Assembly: GCA_903860135.1 (NCBI GenBank) | Contig: CAIOPG010000008.1 | Coordinates: 64,127-128,126 of the forward strand | Reading direction: 5' to 3' | Source of the DNA: Candidatus Omnitrophota bacterium | GTDB lineage: Bacteria; Omnitrophota; Gorgyraeia; Zapsychrales; Fredricksoniimonadaceae | Length of the DNA stretch: 64,000 nucleotides | Shown: piece after piece, positions 29,363 to 40,288 of the stretch | Numbering within the stretch: the stretch's first letter is position 1 | Layout of the letters: the number at the start of each line of letters is the position of its first letter | Notes under the pieces: generated by a model | What the model was told of the DNA's origin: nothing | What the model saw: the letters and a program-made list of their open reading frames with translations, nothing else | Databases searched by the model: none | Made by a program: the position numbers and the translations under genes

Positions 29363-29836
29363 TTAAAGATCCTTGAAAAGTTTTTTCTCCATCGCCGCGA
29401 TCTGCTTCGTGCGGCGCAAATGCCTGCCCCCTTCAAACTCCGTTGCCAACCATACCTTGATGATCTCGAATAGATCCTCATGCGCCACGAACTTCGCGCC
29501 CAGGACAAGGATATTGGCATTATTATGCTGACGCGATAATATGGCTGCTTCCTTGTTATAGCACAACGCGGCATAAGCCCCGGGCACTTTGTTGGCCGCG
29601 ATCGAATGCCCGATCCCGCTCATGCAGACCAGGATACCGCGCCCTTTCTTAAAACGGGCCACCTGCGATGCCACCTCATAAGCAATGAGCGGATAATCAC
29701 AAGGCTCAACATCATAAGAACCAGCGTCGATCACCTCATGCCCGAGCTTCTTAAGAAACACCATGATCTCCGCCTTCAGCTCAAACCCGCGATGATCGGC
29801 GCCGATAAAAACAGGGCTGCGTCCTTTAACTGTCAT
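29363..29836 (-). CDS. rpiB: ribose-5-phosphate isomerase B
   Basis: [32 protein letters not shown]. Confidence 0.95.
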   Translation of the reverse strand: MTVKGRSPVFIGADHRGFELKAEIMVFLKKLGHEVIDAGSYDVEPCDYPLIAYEVASQVARFKKGRGILVCMSGIGHSIAANKVPGAYAALCYNKEAAILSRQHNNANILVLGAKFVAHEDLFEIIKVWLATEFEGGRHLRRTKQIAAMEKKLFKDL

Positions 29837-29840
29837 AACC

Positions 29841-30905
29841 TCACACCAATCCTTTAATGCGGCCAAGGCAATCCTTGATCGCGTCACGGCATAACTGATA
29901 TTCCCCCTGCGCCTTGCCGATAGGATCCGGGATATCCAGATCGTGTTCATGCCGCACCTTGTGGCTGGCAAACTCGCCGAGCAGATAAACCCTTTTCTCG
30001 ACCGACGGGGCACGCTCGAGCACCTGATTGCGGTGGGCGCGTGTCATCACAAAAATAAGATCCGCTTGCTTAAGGAGCATGCTCGTCACAGGCCGTGAAC
30101 GATGCGCCCGCGCCTCGATGCCCTCTTCCCGAAGAACATTGACCGCCTCGGCACTGGCCGCAGAGTGGAAATAAACGCCTATTCCCGCCGAAGCCACCGT
30201 AACATCCGGATGAGCCCCGAGCATCTTCCTGAAAAGATACTCGGCCATGACCGAACGGCAGCTGTTCCCTGTGCAAACAAACAGAACCTGCCGGGTTCCT
30301 GTAACCTTCAAGACATCTGCCGTCGAGATCGCGCCTTCGCGCACGACCGATAAGGGGTCGGTCGCGAAATCAACGATCGTCGACGCCGTGCCAATGGCCA
30401 CCGGCCCGCTGTCGATAGCCATGTCCACCAACCCGTCAAGATCACGCAGGGCTTCCGCGCACGTCGTTGGTGCCGGAGCCCCTTCAACATTGGCTGAAGG
30501 CGCGGCGATGGTACAGTGGGCATGCTCCACCAGCTTGAGAGCCACCGGATGATCCGGGATACGGATACCGAGCGTGCCACCGGCCTTCCCCGTCGGGACA
30601 ATGACCGTCAACGGCCCTGGCCAGTAATGATCAATGAGCTTGAATAATTTGGGATCTTGATGATCCGTATAATTGCCGATCAATTCTTTCTGGGCGATCA
30701 TCACCGAAAAAGGTTTGCCCGCCGAACGCTTTTTCACTGCCTGTAAACGCCGCATCGCCTGGGGATTGGCATGGTCCGCGGCAATGCCGTAAACCGTCTC
30801 CGTCGGAAAAATAACAAGCCCACCCTGATGTACCAGGCGGGCCGCGTCAAGGATAAGATTGGCTTCGGGCGACTTCGGGTTGATCCTGACAACTTTTGTT
30901 TTCAC
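29841..30905 (-). CDS. tsaC: L-threonylcarbamoyladenylate synthase (TsaC/Sua5) fused to a low-molecular-weight protein phosphatase (YwlE-like)
   Basis: FPTETVYG, WPGPLT, APSAN in the N half; FVCTGNSCRS and DIPDP in the C half. Confidence 0.88.
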   Translation of the reverse strand: MKTKVVRINPKSPEANLILDAARLVHQGGLVIFPTETVYGIAADHANPQAMRRLQAVKKRSAGKPFSVMIAQKELIGNYTDHQDPKLFKLIDHYWPGPLTVIVPTGKAGGTLGIRIPDHPVALKLVEHAHCTIAAPSANVEGAPAPTTCAEALRDLDGLVDMAIDSGPVAIGTASTIVDFATDPLSVVREGAISTADVLKVTGTRQVLFVCTGNSCRSVMAEYLFRKMLGAHPDVTVASAGIGVYFHSAASAEAVNVLREEGIEARAHRSRPVTSMLLKQADLIFVMTRAHRNQVLERAPSVEKRVYLLGEFASHKVRHEHDLDIPDPIGKAQGEYQLCRDAIKDCLGRIKGLV

Positions 30906-30942
30906 AGACGATCCTCGGCGTTCAAAGGCCGCTTCTTTTTGA

Positions 30943-31419
30943 CTATCCCTTTAAGATCTTTTCCGCCTGGTCTCTGTTAAAAGCTTCGAGTTTCCCGACC
31001 AGTGCCGTATCCGACAAGGCCAGGATCCGCACCGCCACCAGTGCCGCATTCTTGGCACCAGGCTTGCCGATACCCACCCCCGCCACAGGCACTCCGGGCG
31101 GCATCTGAACGGTTGATAACAGCGCATCCAGGCCATTGAATCCCATGGAATCAAGCGGGATGCCAATGACCGGCAGGCAGGTGTGCGCCGCGACCGTCCC
31201 GGCCAGCGCCGCAGAACCGCCCGCCGCACAAATAACAACCTTGACCCCTCGCCCGGCCAGTGCTTCAGCGTAAGCCACCGTTTCTTTAGGCGTGCGATGT
31301 GCTGACAAAACCCGCGTCTCATGCCGCACACCAAAAACATCCAACATTTTTAACGCTTCTTCCACGACAGGCATATCATTCCTGCTGCCCATCATCAATG
31401 CCACCTGGATTTCTTCCAT
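30943..31419 (-). CDS. purE: N5-CAIR mutase
   Basis: MGSRND, SAHRTP, DALLSTVQMPPGVPVA. Confidence 0.95.
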   Translation of the reverse strand: MEEIQVALMMGSRNDMPVVEEALKMLDVFGVRHETRVLSAHRTPKETVAYAEALAGRGVKVVICAAGGSAALAGTVAAHTCLPVIGIPLDSMGFNGLDALLSTVQMPPGVPVAGVGIGKPGAKNAALVAVRILALSDTALVGKLEAFNRDQAEKILKG

Positions 31420-31459
31420 AATATCTCCCGTCAACGGTACGCTCAACGCGCCGCCTGCC

Positions 31460-32728
31460 TCAATGCCGGTCCAAGGCCTTCTTGCCGATATCACGGCGGA
31501 ACTGCATGCCTTCAAAAGTGATCTTGCTGACATCCCCGTACGCCTGGTTGATCGCACCGGCAATATCTTCGCCGAGCGCCGTCACACCCAGGACACGCCC
31601 GCCGGCGGTAACAACCCCGGCACCCTGTTTCCTGGTACCGGCATGAAAAACATGCGCCAGAGAAGAGACCCGGTCAAGGCCGTTGATCGGCGCGCCCACA
31701 GGAGACTCGCCGGGATAACCACCCGCGGCCAGCACCACACACACACAGGCACGCGCCTCCCACTCAAGCTTCACCTCGGCCAGCCGTCCTTCAACAGAAG
31801 CCAGCATTAAATCCACAAGATCCGACTTTAAGCGCGGCAGGATCGCCTGCGCTTCAGGATCGCCAAAACGCACATTAAACTCAAGGACCTTCGGGCCATC
31901 AGCCGTCACCATGATACCGGCGTAAAGGATGCCTTTGAACGGAGCGCCCTCATCGGCCATGCCCTCCATCACGGGACGGATGATCGTATCAGCGATCACG
32001 CGTGAAAGCGCGGGGGTAATGACCGGAGCCGGAGAATATGCCCCCATCCCGCCGGTGTTGGGTCCTTCATCCTGGTCAAAAATACGTTTATGATCCTGCG
32101 ACGATTCAAGGACAATAAAATCTTTACCGTCAGCAATGGCAAGGATCGACGCTTCCTCGCCGGCCATGAACGCTTCGATGACCACGCTATTGCCCGCATC
32201 GCTGAACATCTTCCCGGACATGATCCGCGATACCGCGCCTTCCGCCTGCGCCTGGTCACGGCAAATGATAACGCCTTTGCCGGCGGCAAGGCCTGATGCC
32301 TTGACGACCAGCGGATACTTCTGCCCGGCAAGATACGCCAACGCCGCTTTCTCCTGGCTGAAAGCCGCGTAACCGGCCGTCGGTATATCCCAGCGTTTCA
32401 TGAAATTCTTCGCAAAGACCTTACTGCCTTCAAGGCGTGCCGCGGCCTGCGAAGGCCCGAAGATCTTAAGGCCTTCTTCTTCAAAAAGGTCAACGATCCC
32501 CGCCGCCAGAGGCACCTCTGGCCCGACGACTGTCAGGTCGATGCCCTCGGCCAGCGCGAAATCCGCAAGGGCAATGATATCGTCAGCCTTGATGTCCACA
32601 CACTCAGCTATATCCGCGATGCCGCCGTTGCCCGGCGCACAAAAAACCCTGCTCACACGGGGATTTTGTCTGATCTTCCAAATAAGCGCATGTTCGCGCC
32701 CGCCTGAACCCACTACAAGTATTTTCAT
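31460..32728 (-). CDS. purD: phosphoribosylamine-glycine ligase
   Basis: GSGGREHAL, GPNTGGMG, EFNVRFGDPE. Confidence 0.97.
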   Translation of the reverse strand: MKILVVGSGGREHALIWKIRQNPRVSRVFCAPGNGGIADIAECVDIKADDIIALADFALAEGIDLTVVGPEVPLAAGIVDLFEEEGLKIFGPSQAAARLEGSKVFAKNFMKRWDIPTAGYAAFSQEKAALAYLAGQKYPLVVKASGLAAGKGVIICRDQAQAEGAVSRIMSGKMFSDAGNSVVIEAFMAGEEASILAIADGKDFIVLESSQDHKRIFDQDEGPNTGGMGAYSPAPVITPALSRVIADTIIRPVMEGMADEGAPFKGILYAGIMVTADGPKVLEFNVRFGDPEAQAILPRLKSDLVDLMLASVEGRLAEVKLEWEARACVCVVLAAGGYPGESPVGAPINGLDRVSSLAHVFHAGTRKQGAGVVTAGGRVLGVTALGEDIAGAINQAYGDVSKITFEGMQFRRDIGKKALDRH

Positions 32729-33729
32729 ATCAGCTCTAATTTCTCTTTGCCGCGCCCGGTCACCGCACCAATAAGGTAAGACGGCATCCCTGTTTTCTTG
32801 AGCGCTGATTGAACCGCGTTAATATCCTTGGCCTTGACGATCACCATGAAACCGATCCCCATGTTGAACGTCCTGTACAGCTCACGCTCGGCGATATCCG
32901 CCTTCTGCGTGATCAACTTGAAAATTTCAGGCAGGGGCCATGTGCCCTTATGAATGGCCAGGCTGCAATGATCAGGCAGGCATTTGGTCAGCTTCTCATA
33001 AAACGCACCGCCGGTATTGTGCGCCATGCCATGAATATCAAACTTTTTGACCAGCGGCAAAATGTTCCGCACATAGATACGCGTCGGTTCCATGATGAGC
33101 TGGGCATATTTCTTCTGTTCCGCCGGTGTAAAAACTTTCCGGACCATGGAATACCCGTTGGAATGCACCCCGCTCGATGGGAGGCCGATGACCGCATCCC
33201 CCGGCATGATCTTCGCCCCGTCGATGATGCGCGCCTTCTCAACGACACCGACGGTAAACCCGGCCAGGTCATAATCACCATGATGGTACATTCCCGGCAT
33301 CTCGGCTGTCTCGCCGCCAACCAGGGCGCAATCCGCCTGCCGGCAGCCCTCGGCGATACCCTTCATCACCTCGACAAGGATCTTTTTATCCACCTTGCCG
33401 CAGGCCACATAATCAAGGAAGAACAAAGGCTTGGCGCCGACACAGAGGACATCATTGACATTCATTGCTACAAGGTCGATCCCCACCGTATCATGACGCC
33501 CGACGTGGTTGGCGATGAGGAGTTTGGTGCCAACACCGTCGGTCGACGCCACCAGCACCGGTTCACGGTACCCTTTGGGAAGGGCGAACAAAGAACCAAA
33601 GGCCCTGGTCCTGTCCATGACCCCGGGCTTGCGGGTCGACCCCACAAGGCCCTTGATCGCGGCCACGAACGCATCCGCCTTGGCAATATCCACACCACTG
33701 TCTTTATACGTCAGCTGTTTTTTTGTCAC
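32725..33729 (-). CDS. purM: AIR synthetase
   Basis: YKDSGVD, DGVGTK, GGETAEMPG, SGVHSNGYS, TFNMG. Confidence 0.97.
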   Translation of the reverse strand: MTKKQLTYKDSGVDIAKADAFVAAIKGLVGSTRKPGVMDRTRAFGSLFALPKGYREPVLVASTDGVGTKLLIANHVGRHDTVGIDLVAMNVNDVLCVGAKPLFFLDYVACGKVDKKILVEVMKGIAEGCRQADCALVGGETAEMPGMYHHGDYDLAGFTVGVVEKARIIDGAKIMPGDAVIGLPSSGVHSNGYSMVRKVFTPAEQKKYAQLIMEPTRIYVRNILPLVKKFDIHGMAHNTGGAFYEKLTKCLPDHCSLAIHKGTWPLPEIFKLITQKADIAERELYRTFNMGIGFMVIVKAKDINAVQSALKKTGMPSYLIGAVTGRGKEKLELI

Positions 33730-34541
33730 AAAAGATTTTCTTTCACGTAATTGATACCGTTGGCGAATATCTGCGCTCCGTCGCCGAGCGCCGCACGGTC
33801 ATGCCCGCCCTCAGCCTTGAGCCTGGTCCAGAAAGGATGCTGGGTGAAATGGAAATGCCTTTCCGGATGAGGCATAAGCCCCAGGATGCGGCCTGTAGCA
33901 TCCGTGATCCCGGCCACATCATCCACCGCTCCGTTGGGATTGTGCGGATACCCACCGCGCGCACCGTCGGCACACACATAGCGGAACGCCACCTGACCGT
34001 TAGCCGCCAGCGCCTTCATCAACTGGTCATTGGCCGGAATGAACTTGCCTTCCCCATGAGCGACGGGGATGTAAATCACATCTTTAAGCCCTCGAGTCCA
34101 AACGCTATGGCCTTCGACCTTCAGATACGTCCACCGGTCCTCAAATTTACCGGAATCATTGTTGGTCAGCGTCACCGTCTGCTGGCCGGACGCTTCAGGC
34201 GCAAAAGGCCCGGGAAGGATACCGGCCTTGACGAGGATCTGAAAGCCGTTGCAAATCCCGATAATTAATTTCTTGTCGTCAATGAAACGGGCAATGTCCT
34301 TGCCCAGGCGAAGCCTCAGCTCATTGGCAAAGATGCGGCCCGAAGCAATATCATCCCCGTAACTGAACCCGCCCGGCAAAGCCAGGATATGGTAATCGGC
34401 CAGCTTGACCTCGCCGGCAAACACCCGTTCCAGATGCACTTCGTCGACCACCGCGCCGCCGTGCGTGAACGCAAAAGCTGTTTCCACATTACAATTGGTC
34501 CCTGCCGTACGCAGGACCAGAACCCGGACTTTTTGAGGCAT
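33726..34541 (-). CDS. purQ: FGAM synthase glutaminase subunit
   Basis: GTNC, GGFSYGD, GICNGFQ, MPHPER. Confidence 0.95.
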   Translation of the reverse strand: MPQKVRVLVLRTAGTNCNVETAFAFTHGGAVVDEVHLERVFAGEVKLADYHILALPGGFSYGDDIASGRIFANELRLRLGKDIARFIDDKKLIIGICNGFQILVKAGILPGPFAPEASGQQTVTLTNNDSGKFEDRWTYLKVEGHSVWTRGLKDVIYIPVAHGEGKFIPANDQLMKALAANGQVAFRYVCADGARGGYPHNPNGAVDDVAGITDATGRILGLMPHPERHFHFTQHPFWTRLKAEGGHDRAALGDGAQIFANGINYVKENLL

Positions 34542-34544
34542 GGC

Positions 34545-35213
34545 CTATTTCGCCTTGTTTTTCTTGTAAAAATTTTTGATAACCTTGAGGGCATCCTCTG
34601 GTTCATCCACAATATGATAAAGATACAGGTCATTCTCGTCAATGCACTGCTCGCCGAGGATCTTGTCCTTGATCCAGGCCTCCAGCCCGTTCCAGTAATA
34701 ACTGCCGAACAAGATCACCGGCACCTTCGGCATACGGCCCGTCTGAACGAGCGTCAGGCTTTCAAAAAGCTCGTCGAGCGTCCCGAAACCGCCGGGAAAC
34801 ACAATGACCGCCTTGGCGTATTTAACGAACATGACCTTGCGGCAAAAGAAATAATGAAAATTGATGAGCGTCCGGATAAAAGGATTCGGCTTCTGCTCAA
34901 ACGGCAATTCAATATTCAGACCGATCGACTCGCCCTTGGCCATGAACGCCCCGCGATTGCCCGCCTCCATGATGCCAGGGCCTCCGCCGGTGATGACCGC
35001 ATAACCATTCTCGACCAGCAGCTGAGCCGTTTGTTCGGCGAGCTGGTACATCTTGTGATTAGGCTTCAGACGCGCGGAACCAAAGATCGTAACCCCGTTA
35101 TCAACCTTGTGCAGGCTGTCAAAGCCTTCCACAAATTCCGCCATGATGCGAAAAATACGCCACTGATCCATTTCATAAAAATCAGCTGCTGAACCTTCAT
35201 TCTTCCTGCTCAT
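34545..35213 (-). CDS. LOG/SLOG family nucleotide phosphoribohydrolase (TIGR00730-like)
   Basis: FGSAR, TGGGPGIME, RKVMF, PGGFGTLDE. Confidence 0.9.
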   Translation of the reverse strand: MSRKNEGSAADFYEMDQWRIFRIMAEFVEGFDSLHKVDNGVTIFGSARLKPNHKMYQLAEQTAQLLVENGYAVITGGGPGIMEAGNRGAFMAKGESIGLNIELPFEQKPNPFIRTLINFHYFFCRKVMFVKYAKAVIVFPGGFGTLDELFESLTLVQTGRMPKVPVILFGSYYWNGLEAWIKDKILGEQCIDENDLYLYHIVDEPEDALKVIKNFYKKNKAK

Positions 35214-35222
35214 AGGCCCTCA

Positions 35223-38138
35223 CTAGAATTGCAACGGTTTCTTCCAGGTTTCCTTCAGCGCATGCACCTTCGCCTTGAGGCAGAGATTATCCTTCAGCCC
35301 GTAAACAAAGAGTTCCGGCGCCTGCTGGACGCGGCCGATCAATCCCACGGGAACCCCCGCCATCGCCTGCGCGAACGCTTTCTGACGGGAAGGATCCACC
35401 TCGACCAGAAACCTTGAATTCGATTCGGAAAAAAGGACGGTGTCATCGCGCCTGGCGGTGCCTTCAAAAGGCACAGCCCCGAGGATCGCATTGGCGCCAA
35501 ACCCGCCGGCGAACGCCATTTCAGCCAAAGCCACCGCAAGCCCTCCCTCGGAACAATCATGCGCGGCCAGGACCAGCCCGCGGCGGATCGCACCAGCGAG
35601 AGCCGTATACGCTGCCAAGGCCTCTGCCGGACGCACCTGCGGCACAGCATTCCCCAAAGCACCGAATGTCTTAAAATAAACGGAGCCGCCCAGCTCATCA
35701 TACGTCTTGCCGACGGCATAGATCAAACTGCCGGCTTTCTTGAAGTCCATGGTGACTGCCTTGGCCACATCGCTGACAATGGCCATCGCAGAAATGAGCA
35801 GCGTCCCCGGGATCGCGATCGAACGGCCCTTGTCCGTGTATTCATTGTAAAAACTGTCTTTGCCGGAAATAAAAGGCGTCGCGTAAGCCACGGCAAAATC
35901 ATGACAGCCCTTGGCCGCACGCACAAGGCCGCCCAGCCGGTCAGGCTTATCCGGATTTCCCCAGCAGAAATTATCAAGGATGGCGATGGTCGGGATATCA
36001 CCGCCGACAGCCACGATCTGGCGTATCGCCTCGTCGATCACGCTGCCAGCCATCCAGTAAGGGTCGATCAGGCCAAAGCGCGGGTTGATGCCGTTGGACA
36101 CCGCGATGCCTTTTTTGGAATCAAGGCGCGGGCGGATGACACTCGCATCCGACGGGCCGTCGCAGGCAGGGCCGACTAAAGGCTTCACCACACTGCCACC
36201 CTGAACCTCATGGTCATAGCGGCGGATGATAGCCTCCTTGGAGCACACATTGTAATCGGCGAGGACTTCCTCCAGTTTCGGCAAGAGATCCGCCGGACAG
36301 GCAAACTTCGGCTCCTTATGCCGCGGCTCCGCCCATACAGCTTCCTTGGCGATCTTGGGGATACCGCCGTGCATGAAAGACATATCCAGGTCACAGACCC
36401 GCACCGCATGGTAATAAAGTTCAAGCCGCCCGGTGCCCGTGTAGGTACCGATGACCGCCAGCTCAACATTTTCCGATGCGAAGAGAGCCTTGAGTGTGGC
36501 GATCTTCGACGGAGAGACAGCCATGACCATGCGTTCCTGCGACTCGCTGATCCATATTTCCGTATAATGAAGACCCTGATATTTCAGCGGCACCTTGTCC
36601 AGATCGACACGCGCGCCAAGCACCTCGCCCATCTCGCCCACGGCGCTCGAAAGGCCGCCGGCACCGCAATCGGTCAAGGCCGTAAAAAGCCCCTGGTCAC
36701 GGGCCTGCATCAGCACATCGAGGACTTTCTTCTCTTCAATCGGATTACCGATCTGCACCGCCCCTGATGACACCACTTCGGACTCGTGCGTGAGTTCACC
36801 GGAAGAAAAGGTAGCGCCGTGGATACCGTCACGCCCCGTGCGCCCGCCGGCCACGACCACAAGATCGCCCTTGCGGGCAGCCTTCTTGTCCTTCCCCTTG
36901 GGGATCAAGCCGATCGTGCCGCAGAAAACCAGCGGATTACCAACAAAATGTTCGTGGAAACAAACCGCGCCATTGACCGTGGGGATACCCATCTTGTTGC
37001 CATAATCGCGCACCCCGCTGACAACGCCTTTCATCACACGCTTGGGATGAAGGACGCCCGCAGGCAACTTGTCCGCAGGGAAGTCCGGCGGTGCAAAACA
37101 AAAAATATCCGTATTGCAAACAGGCTTGGCGCCAAGGCCGGTGCCCAGGATATCACGGATAACGCCGCCCACCCCGGTATTCGCTCCGCCAAAAGGCTCG
37201 AGCGCCGACGGATGATTGTGCGTTTCCGCCTTGAAACACATATTATATTCATTGTCAAACTTCACAATACCGGCATTGTCATGAAAAACAGAAACACACC
37301 ACGACTTATTGAGCGTCGTGGTCGCCTTAACGATCGTGTTCTTTAAAAGGTTCTGGATCAGCTCCGTCTTGGCCTTGCCTTTGTGCTTGACCGTGTAACG
37401 GATATCGCCACGGAAGGTCTTGTGATGGCAGTGCTCGCTCCAGGTCTGGGCAATGGTCTCAAGCTCAATGTCCGTCGGCGCACGGCCCTTGCCATCAAAA
37501 TGCGCCTGGATCGCCTTCATCTCATTGGCATTAAGGTACAGCTGGCCGCAGGCGGCAAGCGCGGTCAACTTCTTGGCCGAAAGCCCTTTCAACGGGACCA
37601 CCGCCACAGCAGGCACGGCCTTGGTCACCCGGTCAAGCACGACCGTACGGAAGGAATCCGCCGGATCCTTGACCGCGTGCTGGATCAGCTTGTTCATCAG
37701 GGCCTTATCCTTGATGAGCTCAAATTCTTTGTCACTCACCGTGCCGCCGATCACAAACTGCCGGGCGGTGCGCACGGACTTGATGCCGGCGACCCGCATA
37801 TCAGCGATCCCCTTGAGGGTTGTTGTTTCCACCGGATCCATCACGCCGGGATTATAGGCCACTTCGGCCACGCGTGATCGCACCGCCGAAGAAACCACGA
37901 ACGGTTCAGCCACAGGCTTGCCTGTAATACGGTAATCCTGCGCCACCGGATCAACGAGAAGTTCACGGGCAATACGATCCGCATCTGGCAGGCTGAAGTC
38001 GCCTTCAAGGATAAAAACCTGCACCACGCGCACATCCACCACCGATGCCACGCCCATATCGGCGATGTCGCGCAGGACGCCATGCCCTGCGGCATCAAAA
38101 ATACCGTCTTTGTCTTTTATTTCAATACGACAGATCAT
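35223..38138 (-). CDS. purL: FGAM synthase subunit PurL with N-terminal PurS-like extension
   Basis: WSEHCHHK, ETHNHP, DCGAGG, SESQER, HDCSEGG. Confidence 0.95.
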   Translation of the reverse strand: MICRIEIKDKDGIFDAAGHGVLRDIADMGVASVVDVRVVQVFILEGDFSLPDADRIARELLVDPVAQDYRITGKPVAEPFVVSSAVRSRVAEVAYNPGVMDPVETTTLKGIADMRVAGIKSVRTARQFVIGGTVSDKEFELIKDKALMNKLIQHAVKDPADSFRTVVLDRVTKAVPAVAVVPLKGLSAKKLTALAACGQLYLNANEMKAIQAHFDGKGRAPTDIELETIAQTWSEHCHHKTFRGDIRYTVKHKGKAKTELIQNLLKNTIVKATTTLNKSWCVSVFHDNAGIVKFDNEYNMCFKAETHNHPSALEPFGGANTGVGGVIRDILGTGLGAKPVCNTDIFCFAPPDFPADKLPAGVLHPKRVMKGVVSGVRDYGNKMGIPTVNGAVCFHEHFVGNPLVFCGTIGLIPKGKDKKAARKGDLVVVAGGRTGRDGIHGATFSSGELTHESEVVSSGAVQIGNPIEEKKVLDVLMQARDQGLFTALTDCGAGGLSSAVGEMGEVLGARVDLDKVPLKYQGLHYTEIWISESQERMVMAVSPSKIATLKALFASENVELAVIGTYTGTGRLELYYHAVRVCDLDMSFMHGGIPKIAKEAVWAEPRHKEPKFACPADLLPKLEEVLADYNVCSKEAIIRRYDHEVQGGSVVKPLVGPACDGPSDASVIRPRLDSKKGIAVSNGINPRFGLIDPYWMAGSVIDEAIRQIVAVGGDIPTIAILDNFCWGNPDKPDRLGGLVRAAKGCHDFAVAYATPFISGKDSFYNEYTDKGRSIAIPGTLLISAMAIVSDVAKAVTMDFKKAGSLIYAVGKTYDELGGSVYFKTFGALGNAVPQVRPAEALAAYTALAGAIRRGLVLAAHDCSEGGLAVALAEMAFAGGFGANAILGAVPFEGTARRDDTVLFSESNSRFLVEVDPSRQKAFAQAMAGVPVGLIGRVQQAPELFVYGLKDNLCLKAKVHALKETWKKPLQF

Positions 38139-38171
38139 ATAAGGTAGGAAAAAATGAAACGCTGATTAAAT

Positions 38172-38885
38172 TCAAGCTGCCTTGCCCGTTACTCTTTTTA
38201 AAACTTCCTGGTACCCTTCCTTTATATTCCCAAGGTCATGGCGAAAACGATCTTTGTCAAGGCGCACCCCGGTGCCCACTTCCCAGAAACGGCACGTGTC
38301 CGGTGATATCTCGTCGGCAAGAATAACCTCGCCTTTGTGCCGGCCGAATTCGACCTTAAAATCGATCAACTCGATATTGAGCGCCAGAAAGAACTTCTTC
38401 ATCAGTTCATTGATCTTGAAGGTCAACTCCCTGATCGTGGCAATTTCAGATGCCGTGGCGATATCCAGCGCCAGGATGTGCGTCTCATTCATCAAAGGAT
38501 CATTGAACGCATCCTCTTTATAACAGAATTCAAGGACGGGCGCCGATAATGTCCGGCCTTCGGTCACACCATAGTTGCGGCACAAGGAACCTGCCGCACG
38601 GTTACGGATGATGACCTCGACCTTGACGATCTCGACTTTCTTGACCAGCATTTCCCGGTCGGATAGCTGTCGGACAAAATGCGTCGGAATGCCGTTCTGC
38701 CCCAGGTACTCAAACACCTTGGTCGAAATGGCATTGTTCATGATCCCTTTTTCATCGACCGTGCCTTTTTTCTTGGCATTGAACGCCGTCGCATCATCCT
38801 TGAAATACTGGATAACGCAATCCGGATTATCGGTCGCGTAAAGGATCTTGGCCTTGCCCTCGTAAAGTTTAGCGCGCTTTTCCAT
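38172..38885 (-). CDS. purC: SAICAR synthetase
   Basis: YEGKAK, DFKVEFG, LADEISPDTCRFW, DKDRFR. Confidence 0.97.
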   Translation of the reverse strand: MEKRAKLYEGKAKILYATDNPDCVIQYFKDDATAFNAKKKGTVDEKGIMNNAISTKVFEYLGQNGIPTHFVRQLSDREMLVKKVEIVKVEVIIRNRAAGSLCRNYGVTEGRTLSAPVLEFCYKEDAFNDPLMNETHILALDIATASEIATIRELTFKINELMKKFFLALNIELIDFKVEFGRHKGEVILADEISPDTCRFWEVGTGVRLDKDRFRHDLGNIKEGYQEVLKRVTGKAA

Positions 38886-40180
38886 TACTTAAGCCCCACT
38901 TTTTTGAAAATAAGGTCGCGGTGTTTGATGTAATACTTGATATCGAAACAGGCATTGATCTCGTCTTGCGACATATGCTTGCGCACGCGGCGGTCGCGGG
39001 AAAGGACATCCTTGAAATCCGATGTCTCCTGCCACACCTGCATGGCACAGCTCTGGATGATCTCGTAAGCCTCCGAGCGCGGCAGGCCTTTCTTCATCAA
39101 CTCAAGCAGGCAGCGCTGCGAGTAGATAAGGCCGCGTGTCTTCTGCAGGGACTCGATCATGTTCTTGGGATAAACGAGCAACCCTTCAACCAGCGGAATG
39201 AACTTGTTGAGCATATAATCCAGGGCGATGGTGCTATCGGGGATAATGACGCGTTCTGCCGACGAATGGCTGATGTCGCGCTCGTGCCAGAGATCCATAT
39301 TATCAATGCCGACCTGGGCATTGGCCTTGAGGATACGCGCCAGCCCGCAGATACGTTCGCACGTGACAGGGTTACGCTTATGCGGCATGGCAGATGACCC
39401 GATCTGCCCCTTGAAGAAAGGCTCCTCAACTTCGAGCACTTCAGTCTTTTGAAGAAGGCGGATCTCCGTGGCGAACTTGCTCAAAGACGCGCCGACAACC
39501 GCAATGACATTCAAAAAATGCGCATGATGATCGCGCTGGATGACCTGCGTGGCGATATTGGCAGGCTTTAATTTCAGCTTCTCGCAGACATACTGCTCGA
39601 CCTGCGGATCAATATTGGCATACGTCCCCACTGCTCCGGAAAGTTTACCGATGCGCATATCTTCGGCGGCTGTTTCAAGGCGGATAAGATTGCGGCTCAT
39701 CTCATCGTACCAGATGGCCAGCTTGAGCCCAAAGGTCATGGGTTCGGCGTGCACACCGTGCGTACGGGCGATACATACGGTATCTTTATACTTCTTGGCC
39801 TTAAGTTTCAGGACACCGAGCAGTTTCTTGATATCACCAATAACAATATCACTGGCCTCAACGCACTGCACCGACAATGCCGTGTCAAGCAGGTCGGAAG
39901 AGGTCATCCCGATATGCAGGTATTGCGCTTCAGGTCCGAGATTCTGGCCGACGTTCTGGATGAACGCCACAACATCGTGCTTGGTGCGCTCTTCGATGCG
40001 CTTAACCTCGTCGAGATCGAACCGAGCATTCTTCTTTATTTTTTCAAGAGCCGGTTTGGGGATCTTCCCCAGGCCGCACATCGCTTCGCAGGCAAGGACT
40101 TCAATCTGGAGCATGATCTCAAGCTTGTGCTGTTCCGACCATATCCGCCCCATCTTCGAAAGTGTATACCTGTCGATCAT
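38885..40180 (-). CDS. purB: adenylosuccinate lyase
   Basis: TKHDV, RTHGVHAEP, GSSAMPHKRNP. Confidence 0.97.
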   Translation of the reverse strand: MIDRYTLSKMGRIWSEQHKLEIMLQIEVLACEAMCGLGKIPKPALEKIKKNARFDLDEVKRIEERTKHDVVAFIQNVGQNLGPEAQYLHIGMTSSDLLDTALSVQCVEASDIVIGDIKKLLGVLKLKAKKYKDTVCIARTHGVHAEPMTFGLKLAIWYDEMSRNLIRLETAAEDMRIGKLSGAVGTYANIDPQVEQYVCEKLKLKPANIATQVIQRDHHAHFLNVIAVVGASLSKFATEIRLLQKTEVLEVEEPFFKGQIGSSAMPHKRNPVTCERICGLARILKANAQVGIDNMDLWHERDISHSSAERVIIPDSTIALDYMLNKFIPLVEGLLVYPKNMIESLQKTRGLIYSQRCLLELMKKGLPRSEAYEIIQSCAMQVWQETSDFKDVLSRDRRVRKHMSQDEINACFDIKYYIKHRDLIFKKVGLK

Positions 40181-40288
40181 AATATGCTCCTTTTAATAGA
40201 TTAAAAATCTCATCTGATGTTCAAGGAATTCCCAATATAACAAAGAACCCCCTTGAAATCAAATAAATTTTACCCGTAAAATTATAAA

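Noticed and set aside
34545-38138. PurS-like extension on PurL and a LOG gene inside the pur operon
   Set aside because: Both are known arrangements in other bacteria; not judged novel
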